Source: Candidatus Bathyarchaeia archaeon
Lineage (GTDB): Archaea > Thermoproteota > Bathyarchaeia > TCS64
Reading direction: 5' to 3'
DNA: 33,697 nt
Assembly: GCA_036396185.1 (NCBI GenBank)
Contig: DASWLJ010000172.1
Location: 1-33,697, forward strand
Below the pieces are notes generated by a model. It was given only the letters and a program-made list of their open reading frames with translations, was not told the origin of the DNA and did no database searches. Shown in pieces: positions 32,729 to 33,697 of this stretch (position 1 is the first letter of the stretch; the number at the start of each line of letters is the position of its first letter). The position numbers and the translations under genes are program-made.

Positions 32729-32764
32729 TAGTTCAAACGAAAGCAAGTCACTACCTCCCGCTAC
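32729..32764 (+). repeat. Degenerate direct copy of the tRNA-iMet 3' end, split by 13 nt
   Basis: tagttcaaa (32729-32737) and ctaccTcccgctac (32751-32764) match tRNA positions 31279-31287 and 31289-31302 at 22/23 positions. CGAAAGCAAGTCA replaces one T-loop nucleotide. The copy continues as ACCA. Confidence 0.6.
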
Positions 32765-32804
32765 CACCTGTTTCTGTGTGCGTGCACGTGGTTATGGGCG
32801 ATCC

Positions 32805-32914
32805 GTCGCCGCCGCCGAGGCTCATCGTTTCCCGGGCCTGTTTCGGTGATCGGAGGCTTTCCCGGGGTCCTCTGGGCGGCGACGGTGGTCCTCGATGTCC
32901 GCGGACCATCACCG
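32805..32914. other. GC-rich block forming two adjacent long imperfect hairpins (possible structured RNA or DNA element)
   Basis: Hairpin 1 (32805-32883): GTCGCCGCC/GGCGGCGAC (9 bp), GAGG/CCTC (4 bp), inner CCCGGG/CCCGGG (6 bp) and CCT/AGG. Hairpin 2 (32883-32914): CGGTG/CACCG plus GTCC/GGAC with a 3-nt bulge. The overlapping ORFs look non-protein-like. Confidence 0.3.
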
Positions 32915-33048
32915 TGGTGCCGGGGTTGGGAGAGAAGAATTTTGTTGAGGTCGAAGGCGAGATATTCTAGGCGTTGACTAACTAGAAGCGAGACCACGTT
33001 TTTCCTACTGAAAAGTTATACTTATATACTGTCCGGTCATTCTTTTTC

Positions 33049-33312
33049 ATGGGAATGTTGAGGCTGAAGAGTAAGCTGGGCCCCAAGGGCCAGGCGGTGA
33101 TCCCCAAGGAGATAAGGGAGATGATGGGGATCAGGCCGGGCTCCGAGGTCGTGTTCGAGGTCAGGGGCGACGAGGTCGTCGTTAAGCCGTTGCGGGATCG
33201 GAGCAGCGTCGACGAGCTGATCCGGCTGATCCCACGCGAACTGAAGCTTAGTGGCGAGGTGGACTTCAAGAAGATCATCCTGTCTGAGGTCTTGGAGCGA
33301 TGGTCTACCTAG
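33049..33312 (+). CDS. vapB: AbrB/SpoVT-type antitoxin (VapB-like)
   Basis: KLGPKGQAVIPKEIREMMGIRPGSEVVFEVRGDEVVVKP is a swapped-hairpin AbrB motif. A TATA-like TTATACTTATATA lies about 25-35 nt upstream. Confidence 0.75.
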   Translation: MGMLRLKSKLGPKGQAVIPKEIREMMGIRPGSEVVFEVRGDEVVVKPLRDRSSVDELIRLIPRELKLSGEVDFKKIILSEVLERWST

Positions 33313-33697
33313 ACTCTAATGTCTTTCTGTACGCGATCCTCCACGACGGTTCCTCAAACCCCAAGTCCCGAAGGGCGGCGGACATCTTGAGAGGGGTCGA
33401 GGACGGTAAGGTCAGGGGATTCAGCTCCCTCCTGACGTGGGACGAGGTGGTGTGGGTCGTGTGGAGGCTCTCCGGCTACGAGTACGCCCTGAAGGCCGGC
33501 GCCTCGATGCTGCGGATTCCGAACATGGTCTTCGTGGGCGTGGATGAGAGGGTGATCCTCAGGGCTCAGGATCTGGTTGAGAGGCACAGGCTGAGGCCGA
33601 GGGACGCGATACATGTCTCGACTGCCATGTTGGTTGGGGAGAGGGAGATGGTGAGCGACGACGCTGACTTCGACGGCGTCAAAGATGTGGAGAGAAC
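33300..33697 (+). CDS. vapC: PIN-domain toxin VapC (3' end beyond the window)
   Basis: Absent from the ORF track. The ATG at 33300 overlaps vapB by 13 nt. It reads MVYLDSNVFLYAI...TWDEVVW...RPRDAIHVSTA...VSDDADF, with the four PIN acidic positions, and stays open to the window end. Confidence 0.75.
   Translation, partial: MVYLDSNVFLYAILHDGSSNPKSRRAADILRGVEDGKVRGFSSLLTWDEVVWVVWRLSGYEYALKAGASMLRIPNMVFVGVDERVILRAQDLVERHRLRPRDAIHVSTAMLVGEREMVSDDADFDGVKDVER

Larger units (their letters stand above)
31302..32764 (+). mobile_element. Candidate small integrated remnant bounded by tRNA-iMet and a degenerate copy of its 3' end
   Basis: The region is AT-richer and holds two bacterial-type genes (GNAT, DinB family). 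The GNAT uses many A/T-ending codons, unlike neighbouring genes. No integrase is present. Confidence 0.35.

Noticed and set aside
32600-32767. Possible intron-containing tRNA ending in ...CTACC TCCCGCT A CCA.
   Set aside because: The only upstream candidate acceptor strand (GGCGGGT at ~32615) is ~130 nt away with a mismatch. No D-arm or anticodon arm can be drawn, and the intervening sequence is AT-rich and unstructured.
32765-32935. Identification of the GC-rich block as RNase P RNA or SRP RNA.
   Set aside because: I could not find the conserved GAGGAAAGUCC (CR-I) or ACAGAA..GGCUUA-type RNase P motifs. I also could not find SRP helix-8 GNAR/AGCA-type motifs. The block is too short for either type-A RNase P RNA or SRP RNA.
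32761-32997. ORFs 32761..32997 (-) and 32776..32970 (+) as protein genes.
   Set aside because: The translations (e.g. ...PRTSRTTVAAQRTPGKPPITETGPGNDEPRRRRR...) are non-protein-like. The region is better explained by nucleic-acid structure.
1-33697. CRISPR arrays, rRNA genes, IS elements and transposases.
   Set aside because: I saw no regularly spaced 25-40 nt repeats, no rRNA-like sequence, and no transposase-like ORF or terminal inverted repeats while reading the window.

Overview
GC-rich archaeal chromosomal segment. Everything here is read by eye from the sequence and ORF track. No searches were run, so family names are motif recognition from memory. Archaeal hallmarks are RtcB, RNase P protein Rpp21, diphthine synthase, RibL FAD synthase, a wHTH-fused CTP-dependent riboflavin kinase (RbkR type) and an A1:U72 initiator tRNA. 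TATA-like boxes sit about 30 nt upstream of starts, and GGAGGTGA-type SD sites occur inside operons. The transporter-rich content suggests a Thermoprotei/TACK-like organism (weak inference). I support about 33 protein genes (two run off the window edges and are missing from the ORF track), 2 tRNA genes, several promoter, operator or terminator candidates and a few repeats. Most long overlapping ORFs in the track are GC-rich shadow frames. Points most worth follow-up: (1) A tightly coupled four-gene membrane operon (2901-5969) built as two copies of a [bitopic protein with central domain + polytopic protein] module. I cannot place any of the four in a named family, and this is my best candidate for an undescribed system. 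(2) Both tRNA genes have a direct-repeat relic of their own 3' end downstream. tRNA-Arg has a 24/25 nt copy 10.4 kb away that encloses the membrane operon, and tRNA-iMet has a split 22/23 nt copy 1.46 kb away. This is the signature of tRNA-targeted integration, but no integrase is visible. (3) An orphan GlmL/MutL-like ASKHA protein is coupled to an uncharacterized barrel-sandwich/KOW-like partner, with no mutase nearby. (4) A GC-rich double-hairpin, non-coding-looking block lies at 32805-32914. (5) A palindrome overlaps the rbkR promoter. (6) One palindromic TATA box is shared by rnp4 and the initiator tRNA.
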